This document shows, in pieces, positions 48,015 through 56,514 of a stretch of DNA of 64,000 nucleotides. Every line of letters begins with the position of its first letter. The stretch's first letter is position 1. The position numbers were made by a program, and so were the translations under genes. This DNA comes from a virus. Lineage: Duplodnaviria; Caudoviricetes. The notes under the pieces were generated by a model. The model was given only the letters and a program-made list of their open reading frames with translations. It was not told the origin of the DNA and searched no databases. Location of the stretch: the IMG/VR virus record IMGVR_UViG_3300037067_024922, positions 1 to 64,000 of that record; one strand, 5' to 3'.

Positions 48015-48917
48015 ATGGCAAAGGTTTTGATTACAGGCGGCAAGGGATTTATAGGAAGATATCTGTCCCGTATGATGAGGGCTGAGGGATGGTATGTGGT
48101 AGATGCAGACCATAATGAGCTTGATGTGACAAGGCCGGAAACCTTTGATTGGCTCAGAGGGGCCAACTTTGATGCTATTGTTCATTTGGCCGCCCTCTTG
48201 ATGATCGATGGCAACAAATATAAACCCGTGGACTATTTCAAGGTCAATACCATTGGCACTTTTAATGTGTTGGAGTTCTGTCGCAAAGAAGGGATACCCA
48301 CCTTGATTTATGCAATGACGCACTCGGATGTAAATGCAAGAGGACCCATAATATCTCCTCATTGTGAACATTCATTTGTAACAGGATCTTGGGAAAACAA
48401 CTCTGTCCCTTTTATATCTTCGAAGATTGCTGCTGCCGATATGATTGAATCTTATAGCTTGAGTGGGGTCATTAGGGGGGTTATCCTCCGCTTGGCAAAC
48501 ATCCGGGGATATGGAAGTCGTGATGAGAAATACAATTGTGTGTTTCATCAGTTCATTCAAAAAGCATTGAGAGGCGAGTCGATTGAGATCTGGGGCGACC
48601 CTCCTAAAACAGTCAGGGATCTGATATATGTGAAGGATGTTTGTTCTGCGATTATGGCAGCAATATCGGAAGAATCAGAAGAAGGATATTTTAACATCGG
48701 CTCCGGAGTTGGTTTGACCATTGAGGATGAGGCCAAGGCGATCCTAAAAGTGTTTGGCAAAGAAGGTAGCGGCCTGATTTATCGTTCAGACATTCCGGAG
48801 GTCAGAAAGACCAGTTGTGTTTTTGATACCGGAGAGGCTTGTTTGAGTTTGGGCTGGGCTCCGGAATATGATTATGTTCAAGCAATGATGGATTACAAGA
48901 AAGAAGCCGGACTATAA
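48015..48917 (+). CDS. Second NAD-dependent epimerase/dehydratase with atypical catalytic motif
   Basis: TGGKGFIG, HLAA, RDLIYVKD; YxxxK is replaced by FISSK. Confidence 0.88.
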   Translation: MAKVLITGGKGFIGRYLSRMMRAEGWYVVDADHNELDVTRPETFDWLRGANFDAIVHLAALLMIDGNKYKPVDYFKVNTIGTFNVLEFCRKEGIPTLIYAMTHSDVNARGPIISPHCEHSFVTGSWENNSVPFISSKIAAADMIESYSLSGVIRGVILRLANIRGYGSRDEKYNCVFHQFIQKALRGESIEIWGDPPKTVRDLIYVKDVCSAIMAAISEESEEGYFNIGSGVGLTIEDEAKAILKVFGKEGSGLIYRSDIPEVRKTSCVFDTGEACLSLGWAPEYDYVQAMMDYKKEAGL

Positions 48918-48947
48918 AACTTCTGGGATTGATGGAGGATCTTAAAT

Positions 48948-50414
48948 ATGAATTTTATACCAGATACAAAAGGGCTTTTTTATGAGAAGCAGAGAAATAA
49001 ATGGGCAATGATTGAAGCTCTCCTTGGAGGAGAGGAGGCAATCAAAGAGGCTGGTAAATTGTATTTGCCGCAATTGTCCGGGCAAACTGAAACACAGTAT
49101 AAGACATATAGAGACAGGGGAAGCTTTTTTAATGCATTCGCAAGGACGATAACAGGATTGACAGGTGCCATAATCCGCAAGGAGCCTTCTATCAAGACAA
49201 GCCCAGAAATTGATAAATCGCTTTCATCGATCACGCTTGCAGGAGAATCAATTCAGGAAGTGATTAGGATGATCACCCAGGAGGTTCTCTCGTATGGATA
49301 TTACGGCATTTTGGTCGATATGCCTTTTGTGGCTGAAGATAAAATATCACCTACCAATACAAATCCGTATTTTGCTTTGTATCCCTGCGCATCGATTTTG
49401 AATTGGGAGACAGTACAGGTTGGTGATGAGTCAAAATTGATTATGCTGACCTTGGCCGAGACTGTTTATAAGAAGGACCCTGAAAATGTTCTTTCCCTTA
49501 TCGCAGTAGATCAGGTCAGGCTTCTTAACATAGACAAGCAAGGTGTTTTGGTTGTAAGTATATTCCAAAAAATTGAGAAGCCAAACAAGCAAGGTGATGC
49601 TGAATGGGTTCAGTATGGAGACGATATTTATCCAAAAGTGAGAGGGAAAAACATGGATCATATTCCCTTTGTCTTTTTTGGGGCAGTATCAAACAATCCC
49701 ATTCCGACTGCACCTCCTTTGGTGGATCTCGCCAATTTGAATATAAAGCATTGGCAAGTCAATGTTGATTATTATCACGGCCTTCATTTTTGTGCAATGC
49801 CGACTCCTTGGGCATCAGGATTTGGCAAGGAAACAGATTTGTATGTCGGATGCGAGAAGGCTTGGGTTTCTGATGATCCTCAAGCGCAGTGTGGGTTCCT
49901 TGAATTTACAGGAACCGGTCTTGGCGCGATAGAAAAAGCATTGGATAAACTTGAGTGCCAAATGGCCATTATGGGAGCAAGGATGCTCGAAGAGCAGAAG
50001 AAGGCAGCCGAAGCGGCAGAAACTGTGGTGATGAGATATTCGGGTGATACCGCGACATTGTCAAGCATCGTTACCTCTGTTGAGCAAGGGGTCATCAAAG
50101 CAATTGATCTGATCGGTGATTGGAAGGGGATTGAAGCAAAGACAGAGGTCAGGATGAATAGAGATTTTGTATCCATCAAGCTCTCTGCTCAGGACATCAC
50201 GGCTCTGCTTCAGGCAAGACAGGCTGGCGAGATCAGCCAGGGCACTTTCCTGTACAACTTGCAGGTCGGTGAGATCCTGCCGCCTGATAGGACAATTGAA
50301 GACGAAAAGGCTTTGATTGAAAACGAATACAATGCCTTTTCCAGCAAGCGTATGTATGATGAGGATGGCAACGAGATTGATGAAAATGGGAACATCATAA
50401 CTCCTGCAGAATAG
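48948..50414 (+). CDS. Portal protein (DUF4055-like)
   Basis: YLP...Y..Y..R..F.N...RT..GL.G, PPLVDLANLN.KH and FLEFTG motifs; position before MuF. Confidence 0.88.
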   Translation: MNFIPDTKGLFYEKQRNKWAMIEALLGGEEAIKEAGKLYLPQLSGQTETQYKTYRDRGSFFNAFARTITGLTGAIIRKEPSIKTSPEIDKSLSSITLAGESIQEVIRMITQEVLSYGYYGILVDMPFVAEDKISPTNTNPYFALYPCASILNWETVQVGDESKLIMLTLAETVYKKDPENVLSLIAVDQVRLLNIDKQGVLVVSIFQKIEKPNKQGDAEWVQYGDDIYPKVRGKNMDHIPFVFFGAVSNNPIPTAPPLVDLANLNIKHWQVNVDYYHGLHFCAMPTPWASGFGKETDLYVGCEKAWVSDDPQAQCGFLEFTGTGLGAIEKALDKLECQMAIMGARMLEEQKKAAEAAETVVMRYSGDTATLSSIVTSVEQGVIKAIDLIGDWKGIEAKTEVRMNRDFVSIKLSAQDITALLQARQAGEISQGTFLYNLQVGEILPPDRTIEDEKALIENEYNAFSSKRMYDEDGNEIDENGNIITPAE

Positions 50415-50433
50415 AGGATCTTAGGAAACGCCA

Positions 50434-52830
50434 ATGCCCAAAAAGATACCAAACAAGATCCTTGATGCTACATTGAAAGATACCATCCTCACTGATCGGT
50501 ATGGCGTTGGTCTCAACAGCAAAATTCAATCTCTTCTCAAATCGACCGAGGATGAGATTGTTGCTGCCATTGCGAAGATAGACCCTACTTCGCCGACAAT
50601 GACCAAATGGAAGCAGCAGCGTTTAGAAAAATTACAATCACAGATTTCAGATATCGTCAAGACAGGGTACAAAGATATTTCTTCCTTAACAAGTGGCGAG
50701 CTTACTGCCTTGGCCAAAACTCAAGCCAAAAATGTAGTCAGTAAATTCAACAATGCGGTGGGAGCGGATCTCTTTCAGGTTACGCTCACCCCAGACAATG
50801 TTAAAAGCATTGCCCAAAACACCCTAATCGATGGTGCCACGATAAAGGATTGGTGGAACAAGCAAAGCTCTGATACCCAGAACCGATTAAGAAAGGCGAT
50901 GGCGGCAGGTACTCAGGCTTTACAAATTGGGATGATGCAGGGCGAATCTGTAGGAGATTTAATAGGAAGAATACGGGGCACTGCTTTGACCCCAGGTGTA
51001 ATGAGTATCTCCAAGCGAGAGGCGACAGCCCTTGTCAGAACCAGCGTCATGCAGGTTGCCAATGTAACGAGGCAGGAGACGTACAAGGCCAATGCCGATG
51101 TGTTGGATGGATTTGAATTCATCGCCACTCTTGACTCAGCTACCTGTCCTCGCTGTCGGGTCTATGATGGGAAAAAGTACGATATGGATATGCAGCCGAT
51201 TGGGCATGAGCTTCCTTTCCCGGGGACTCCCGTTCATTTTAATTGCTTAATTGATTATCAAGTACCTGTTTATACTTTAAAAGGATGGAAGCCAATCGGT
51301 GAAATTGAAAAAGGAGATTTGGTTTTAACTCATAAAGGCAGATTTAGAAAAGTAACAAAATTGATTTTTGCTCACAGCCAACAACCAGAGGTCGTTAAAT
51401 TTTCTTTGGAAGGATTGGGTTGGAGGAATAATTTAACGATAACAGAAGATCATCCTGTTATGATTAATGGGAAATGGTGTCCAGCTAAAGATATAAAAAG
51501 TGGAGATAAAATTTTGTTTTTATCTCATAAGTGCGGAAGGAAAGAATGTCAGAAACAAATTCCTTATTTTAGGAAATATTGTAGTTTCTCTTGCCGTTCT
51601 AAAGAAATGGTTCCAGGAACTTGGACTGATGAGAGAAGAAAAAGTGTTTCAATTAAAAATAGTGAATCCAATCTTAGGCAGTATGAATCGGGATTAAGAG
51701 ATGCAAAAAAAGGAACTGCTGCCGCGAATATTAAAACAAGACAAATGGTAGCTGATGGAATTCATCCTTTTCAGAGAAACGATGTTAAAGAAAATTCTAA
51801 AAAACGAAGACATAGTGAAAAATGGAAAACCAGCATCCATCAATATATGACGACAAGAAATCCAAGTTATAACCCGGAATTTGTGGAAAAACAAAGAAAA
51901 TCAAGAGAAGCAACAATGCTTGCCCATCCTGAACTTCACCCAAATGTTATAATGGCTCAAAAAGGTTTTATGAGTTCTTTGGAAAAAAAGATGCAATTGG
52001 TTTTGGATAATCTTGGGATTGATTATATTAGACAATGCCCTATTGGCCGATATTTTGCAGATTTTGCAATTCCAGATTTGATGATTGTTATTGAGGTTGA
52101 TGGTATTTTTTGGCATAAGGATACTAAAGACAAAGATTTAAGGAGACAAAAAATTCTTGAAAAAATGGGATGGCAAGTAGTAAGATACGATGATAATCAA
52201 TTATCAAATATGTTATCTGTTCAAGAAGAGCTTAATCGACTATTTGCAAATCATGAAGGGAAATATGAATTTACCGAATTTGAAGTTTCAGTTATAAAAA
52301 AGTGGAAGGTTAGAAGGCCTAAAAGACTTTATAATTTCAGTGTAGAGGAAGATGAAAGTTATATTGTTCAAGGGTTTGTTGTTCATAATTGCAGGTGTAC
52401 CACCGCGCCAATCACAAAATCATGGGCTGAATTGGCAGGGACAGATTCTCCCTTATCAAAGAAACAATTGGGGATTCTTGACAGCATCCCGGTCGGCCAA
52501 CGATCATCGATGAATGGACAGGTAAGCGGCAATGTAACATATAATGAATGGCTCAAATCTCAACCTGTCGATATCCAGCAAGAGATCCTTGGTCCTGGGA
52601 AATTCAGGCTGTGGTCTGAGAATAAACTTGATATGGTGGATCTTGTCAACAACAATGGTAGCCCATTGACGATTAAAGAATTGCAGGCCAAATTAGGGAC
52701 TGGTGTTACAACAAGCAGAGCAGAGTTGGTCAAAGAAGCAGAGAAGATAAAAGCAACCAATGAATCGCTTGTCGCTGTTGATAAAGAGCGAGTGGCCGAT
52801 TTCATTGGTGATTGTTTTGTGATGGAATGA
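50434..52830 (+). CDS. MuF/SPP1 gp7-type minor head protein containing an intein
   Basis: ATLD..TC..C...DG, PVHFN/CRC split by the intein, TYNEWLKSQP...Q.EILG. Confidence 0.9.
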   Translation: MPKKIPNKILDATLKDTILTDRYGVGLNSKIQSLLKSTEDEIVAAIAKIDPTSPTMTKWKQQRLEKLQSQISDIVKTGYKDISSLTSGELTALAKTQAKNVVSKFNNAVGADLFQVTLTPDNVKSIAQNTLIDGATIKDWWNKQSSDTQNRLRKAMAAGTQALQIGMMQGESVGDLIGRIRGTALTPGVMSISKREATALVRTSVMQVANVTRQETYKANADVLDGFEFIATLDSATCPRCRVYDGKKYDMDMQPIGHELPFPGTPVHFNCLIDYQVPVYTLKGWKPIGEIEKGDLVLTHKGRFRKVTKLIFAHSQQPEVVKFSLEGLGWRNNLTITEDHPVMINGKWCPAKDIKSGDKILFLSHKCGRKECQKQIPYFRKYCSFSCRSKEMVPGTWTDERRKSVSIKNSESNLRQYESGLRDAKKGTAAANIKTRQMVADGIHPFQRNDVKENSKKRRHSEKWKTSIHQYMTTRNPSYNPEFVEKQRKSREATMLAHPELHPNVIMAQKGFMSSLEKKMQLVLDNLGIDYIRQCPIGRYFADFAIPDLMIVIEVDGIFWHKDTKDKDLRRQKILEKMGWQVVRYDDNQLSNMLSVQEELNRLFANHEGKYEFTEFEVSVIKKWKVRRPKRLYNFSVEEDESYIVQGFVVHNCRCTTAPITKSWAELAGTDSPLSKKQLGILDSIPVGQRSSMNGQVSGNVTYNEWLKSQPVDIQQEILGPGKFRLWSENKLDMVDLVNNNGSPLTIKELQAKLGTGVTTSRAELVKEAEKIKATNESLVAVDKERVADFIGDCFVME
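51244..52389 (+). mobile_element. Intein (382 aa) with a DUF559/Vsr-like homing endonuclease
   Basis: Starts CLIDY...GWKPI.EI..GDLVLTH, ends YNFSVEEDESY...VVHN followed by Cys; internal DF...IEVDG.FWH; AT-richer than its flanks. Confidence 0.92.
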
Positions 52831-53561
52831 TGGCAGATAATCCACGACAGGAATATGTCCGCAAGAATGTAGCCAGACTCGAGAAAGTCCAGTTGGGATA
52901 TAAGGCCGAGGAGCTTACAGCCAAGTTGGAGGGAGGCATAACAACAGCCCATACCTTTACGATGGATGTTATAATCGCTGCTGAGAAACGAGCTATTGAG
53001 GTAAAGGCACAGCATGTCCTTGCAAAGAAATATGCCTGTCGGATGGAAAGGGATGCTCTTGCCGATAAAATTGCCTTTGGTAAGAAGATGGGCTATAAAC
53101 TTGAAACAAGACTTATAATAATAGATGATAGTACGCCAGACCATATCATGGCAGTCTATAAAAAAGCTGGGGTTGGAAATTTTGATGTGCAGGCAATGGA
53201 ATTTGTTGGCTCTTACGACAGGTATGGGAAGGAGCTTGGTATTAAGTTTGATAAATGGGGAAAGAGAGTTGGGGATATTTCTGCTGTGACAGAAAAGCAA
53301 GAAGTCATTACGATGAGCTTAAATAAATTTAAGTCCATCATCAAGAAAGAAGGGGATTATTTAACGATGTATCCCTCCAGCATGAGCCGAAATTGGGATG
53401 GTACAAGCTGGCAAGCACAATGGGGACACGGAGAGAGTTTTTATGTTAAAACCTATGCTGCAAAACAAGACCATGGCCTTGCATTTAGCAGAAAAAAGGC
53501 GACAGAGGAAGCATATAGGCAATACGCAAAACAGAGAAATATAGCCTTGAACATGGATTAG
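52827..53561 (+). CDS. PD-(D/E)xK nuclease-like protein, candidate MuF-associated toxin
   Basis: G..AE...MDVI...AIEVK pattern; overlaps the MuF stop codon. Confidence 0.6.
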   Translation: MMADNPRQEYVRKNVARLEKVQLGYKAEELTAKLEGGITTAHTFTMDVIIAAEKRAIEVKAQHVLAKKYACRMERDALADKIAFGKKMGYKLETRLIIIDDSTPDHIMAVYKKAGVGNFDVQAMEFVGSYDRYGKELGIKFDKWGKRVGDISAVTEKQEVITMSLNKFKSIIKKEGDYLTMYPSSMSRNWDGTSWQAQWGHGESFYVKTYAAKQDHGLAFSRKKATEEAYRQYAKQRNIALNMD

Positions 53562-53574
53562 AAAAGGTGATTAA

Positions 53575-53889
53575 ATGAGCATCTCATTATTTTACAGCAA
53601 AGACCGAGGATTTTACCTTGGCAGTGCAGCAGTGATCAATGAATTCATGAATGAGATTTGCAAGTATGGTCATTATCCCTCCTTAGTCAAAAGGAATTGC
53701 AACTGGGGTGTAATTCATTTTGAAGACCAGCCTGTCGATCTTGATAACACAAATCTGACAAAGACTCTGGAAGAGATAGAGGATTTATTAACAAAGCCTT
53801 TGTCAAGCCAATCGATGGCGATAGCTTTGACAATACATCGAGCCTGTGAATATGCCAAAGAGCATAAGTTGGATCTCGAATTTGCATGA
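53575..53889 (+). CDS. Small hypothetical protein, candidate immunity protein
   Basis: 104 aa, immediately downstream of the nuclease-like gene. Confidence 0.45.
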   Translation: MSISLFYSKDRGFYLGSAAVINEFMNEICKYGHYPSLVKRNCNWGVIHFEDQPVDLDNTNLTKTLEEIEDLLTKPLSSQSMAIALTIHRACEYAKEHKLDLEFA

Positions 53890-53933
53890 TATCAGCATTC
53901 TGTTGGCTGTAAAAATAAACGGTTGTGATGAAG

Positions 53934-53969
53934 AAATATCTTTTATTTTGTAAAAATAACAATTATAAT
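53934..53969 (+). promoter_or_regulatory. AAATATCTTTT-N19-TATAAT promoter for scaffold and capsid
   Basis: Copy of the recurrent motif. Confidence 0.7.
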
Positions 53970-54002
53970 CACCTTAACAAAAAACCGGGAGGAGGAAAAT
54001 AT

Positions 54003-54770
54003 ATGGCATTGAAGTTGGTTATCGACAAGTTGGAGGACGTTGCGGAGGGTCTTCGCGATCAGTATAAGCTGGCCGGAGATGGCAAATTTCACCTTCAAAC
54101 AGACGAGGACATGGAATCCAAGAAAAAGATCGAGGAGTTCCGAACCACCAATATCACTTTGATGAAGAAGCAGAAGGAGTTGGAGGATCAGCTGAAGGAT
54201 CTTGGCGATCCAAAAGAGATCGTGGCCATGAGGCAAAAGATCCAGCAGATCGAAGACAAAAAATTGATCGAAGCCGGGAAGCTTGATGAACTCGTTGAGC
54301 AGAAGGTTGAGCGGATGCGGAACGATTTCCAAGCCCAGCTCGAAGCCTTAAAAAAGGCAAACGAGACCAAGGAGGCCGAGCTTCAGAAAACCACCGCCAG
54401 ATTGTCTGAAGTCCTGATTGATTCGGAGATCACCAAGGCCGTGACTGCTGTGGGCACTGTTCGGAAAGACGCCATGCAGGATATTATCTCCAGAGGGAAG
54501 AGGGTATGGCGGCTCGAAGATGGCAAGCCCATTCCAAAAGATGGGGACAAGCTCCTGTTTGGCAAGGACGGGAAAAATCCTCTGACATTTGAGGAATGGG
54601 CAATGATCCTTTCTCAGACAGCCCCGTTTCTATTTGAAACGACAACCGGTGGCGGCGGGACAGGTGGTCAGCATCAGGATCTTTCTAAAGGCAAGGAGGA
54701 TCTGTCAAAGATCAGTCCTGAGGAAAGATTGAAAAGAATCCATGAGAGGCAAGACCAGAAGAAGGCATAA
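54003..54770 (+). CDS. Capsid scaffolding protein
   Basis: MALKL...Y....DGKF.L, long coiled coil, APFLF...GGG tail; precedes the capsid gene. Confidence 0.85.
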   Translation: MALKLVIDKLEDVAEGLRDQYKLAGDGKFHLQTDEDMESKKKIEEFRTTNITLMKKQKELEDQLKDLGDPKEIVAMRQKIQQIEDKKLIEAGKLDELVEQKVERMRNDFQAQLEALKKANETKEAELQKTTARLSEVLIDSEITKAVTAVGTVRKDAMQDIISRGKRVWRLEDGKPIPKDGDKLLFGKDGKNPLTFEEWAMILSQTAPFLFETTTGGGGTGGQHQDLSKGKEDLSKISPEERLKRIHERQDQKKA

Positions 54771-55009
54771 GAAGCAGACATAACTTCCTATCACATATCT
54801 TTGCGGCGCGAAGCGATCTGATGGGAAGAATCCATGAGAGGTAGGTATGATAAAAGGCTCGGTGAGCCGAAAGAGTAAATAAAATTAGTTTCAAAGCGGA
54901 GCAGCGAAACGAGATCCCGGTGGGATTTAACCTTAATTGGTTTTATTCTGCCGGGATTTTTGTTTGCGGAGAATGAACCAGAAAATTCAAGAATAGGAGG
55001 TTGGAAAAA

Positions 55010-55948
55010 ATGGCACTGACACTTATCGAAGCTGCAAAAGAAGCATTGGGAAGGGATGAAGATCTTCAGGCGACAGTCATGCAGCTGTTTGCAAAAAACA
55101 GCGATGTTCTGTTGAACATGCCTTTTGAAAACATCCAGGGGAATGCACTCAAGTTCAACAGGGAGAAAATGCTTCCTGGGGTTGCATTCAGGGGCGTAAA
55201 CGAGGCCTACACGGAAAGCACCGGAGAGCTCGAGCCGGTCGTTGAATCTCTGGCCATTGCCGGAGGCGATCTGGATGTCGATGTCTTCTTGGTGAAGACC
55301 GGTGGGGCCAACCAGCGAGGGACTCAGGAAGGGCTCAAGATCAAGGCTTTGTCCCTGAGTTTGACAAAAGCGATGATCAAGGGAGATGTGACCTCTGATC
55401 CGAAGTCCTTCGATGGATTGCAGGTCCGTTGTACCGGAGATCAGCTCATCGAGTCATCGGCAACCACGATCTATGCAGCTTTGTCTCTGGCCAAGCTGGA
55501 CGAGACAATTGACGCGGTGGAGGATGCGACCCATCTGCTGATGAACAAGACAATGCGTCGGTTGCTTTCGGCAGCGGCCAGAAGCGCATCTGTCGGTGGG
55601 TACATCACCTACGATCTGGATGCATTCGGTCGCAGGGTGACGCGATACAATGATCTTCCGATTATGATCGCGGACAAGGATGAGGACAACTCGGACATCA
55701 TGGCCTTTGACGAGCTTGGTCCTTCGACCTCAACCAAGGCGACATCAACTTCCATTTACTGCATCAGCTTTGCACCGAATGGGGTGATGGGGCTTCAGTC
55801 CTCGCCGATGGATGTCAGGGATCTCGGAGAGCAGCAGGATAAGCCTGTCTACAGGACGAGGGTTGAGTGGTATCTCACTCTCGGAATGTTGCGGCCACGT
55901 GCTGCTGCTCGGCTGCGTGGGATCAAGAATACCACGGTGGCGGTGTAA
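55010..55948 (+). CDS. Major capsid protein
   Basis: MALTLIEAAK, LP.VAFR.VNE.Y, FDGL, SIY, YRTRVEWY, AARL.GI. Confidence 0.9.
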   Translation: MALTLIEAAKEALGRDEDLQATVMQLFAKNSDVLLNMPFENIQGNALKFNREKMLPGVAFRGVNEAYTESTGELEPVVESLAIAGGDLDVDVFLVKTGGANQRGTQEGLKIKALSLSLTKAMIKGDVTSDPKSFDGLQVRCTGDQLIESSATTIYAALSLAKLDETIDAVEDATHLLMNKTMRRLLSAAARSASVGGYITYDLDAFGRRVTRYNDLPIMIADKDEDNSDIMAFDELGPSTSTKATSTSIYCISFAPNGVMGLQSSPMDVRDLGEQQDKPVYRTRVEWYLTLGMLRPRAAARLRGIKNTTVAV

Positions 55949-56012
55949 TCATCATCTTTTGGTGGTGATCTTGATTTTGTTTTATAAAAAATAACAGAAG
56001 GAGGTATCAGAC

Positions 56013-56495
56013 ATGTTGGATAATAGGAAAGTGATCATCGATGATGAATTGCTCATCGCGGATACCGGCTCGGCGGCAATCGATGCCACGGCGGCGGCAA
56101 CAGTTGATGCTGTGGCCAAGGTCATCGACACCGGTGGCGGTCTTACAAAAGGGATGTTTGTTGTTGATGTTGCCTCTATCGCAGGTAGCGGTCAGGCAAC
56201 CAACTGCCAGCTGATCCAGGTGGAGCTGGAAGGATCAACGACAAGCACATTTACGGCATGGGTTCGGCTGGCGGGATTCCGGCTCGGGCCAGTGGCTGTC
56301 GGCCATGGAAGACAGTCCGCGGATGCTTCGGCGGCATCGTCCACCACCGGTCGTTATATGACGCCGTTCCATAACGACTTCCACGGTACGGTGTATCGTT
56401 GGCTGAGGGTTTATGTAACCTTCAATGGATCGGCAAACGCTGCCGTTCAGACTCCGACAATCAAGTTCAAGGCTTGGCTGTCGAAGTTGTCATAA
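56013..56495 (+). CDS. Capsid decoration/cement-like beta protein, Ala/Thr/Ser-rich
   Basis: Follows the capsid gene; YRWLRVY beta motif. Confidence 0.65.
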   Translation: MLDNRKVIIDDELLIADTGSAAIDATAAATVDAVAKVIDTGGGLTKGMFVVDVASIAGSGQATNCQLIQVELEGSTTSTFTAWVRLAGFRLGPVAVGHGRQSADASAASSTTGRYMTPFHNDFHGTVYRWLRVYVTFNGSANAAVQTPTIKFKAWLSKLS

Positions 56496-56514
56496 GGAAA
56501 GGAGCAAGCATACA

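Noticed and set aside
32870-48917. Classical serotype-conversion (gtrABC/oac) cassette or captured host O-antigen locus
   Set aside because: There are no membrane flippase, polymerase or acyltransferase genes, and the sugar genes are interleaved with phage genes and phage promoter motifs. An effect on host LPS is not fully excluded.
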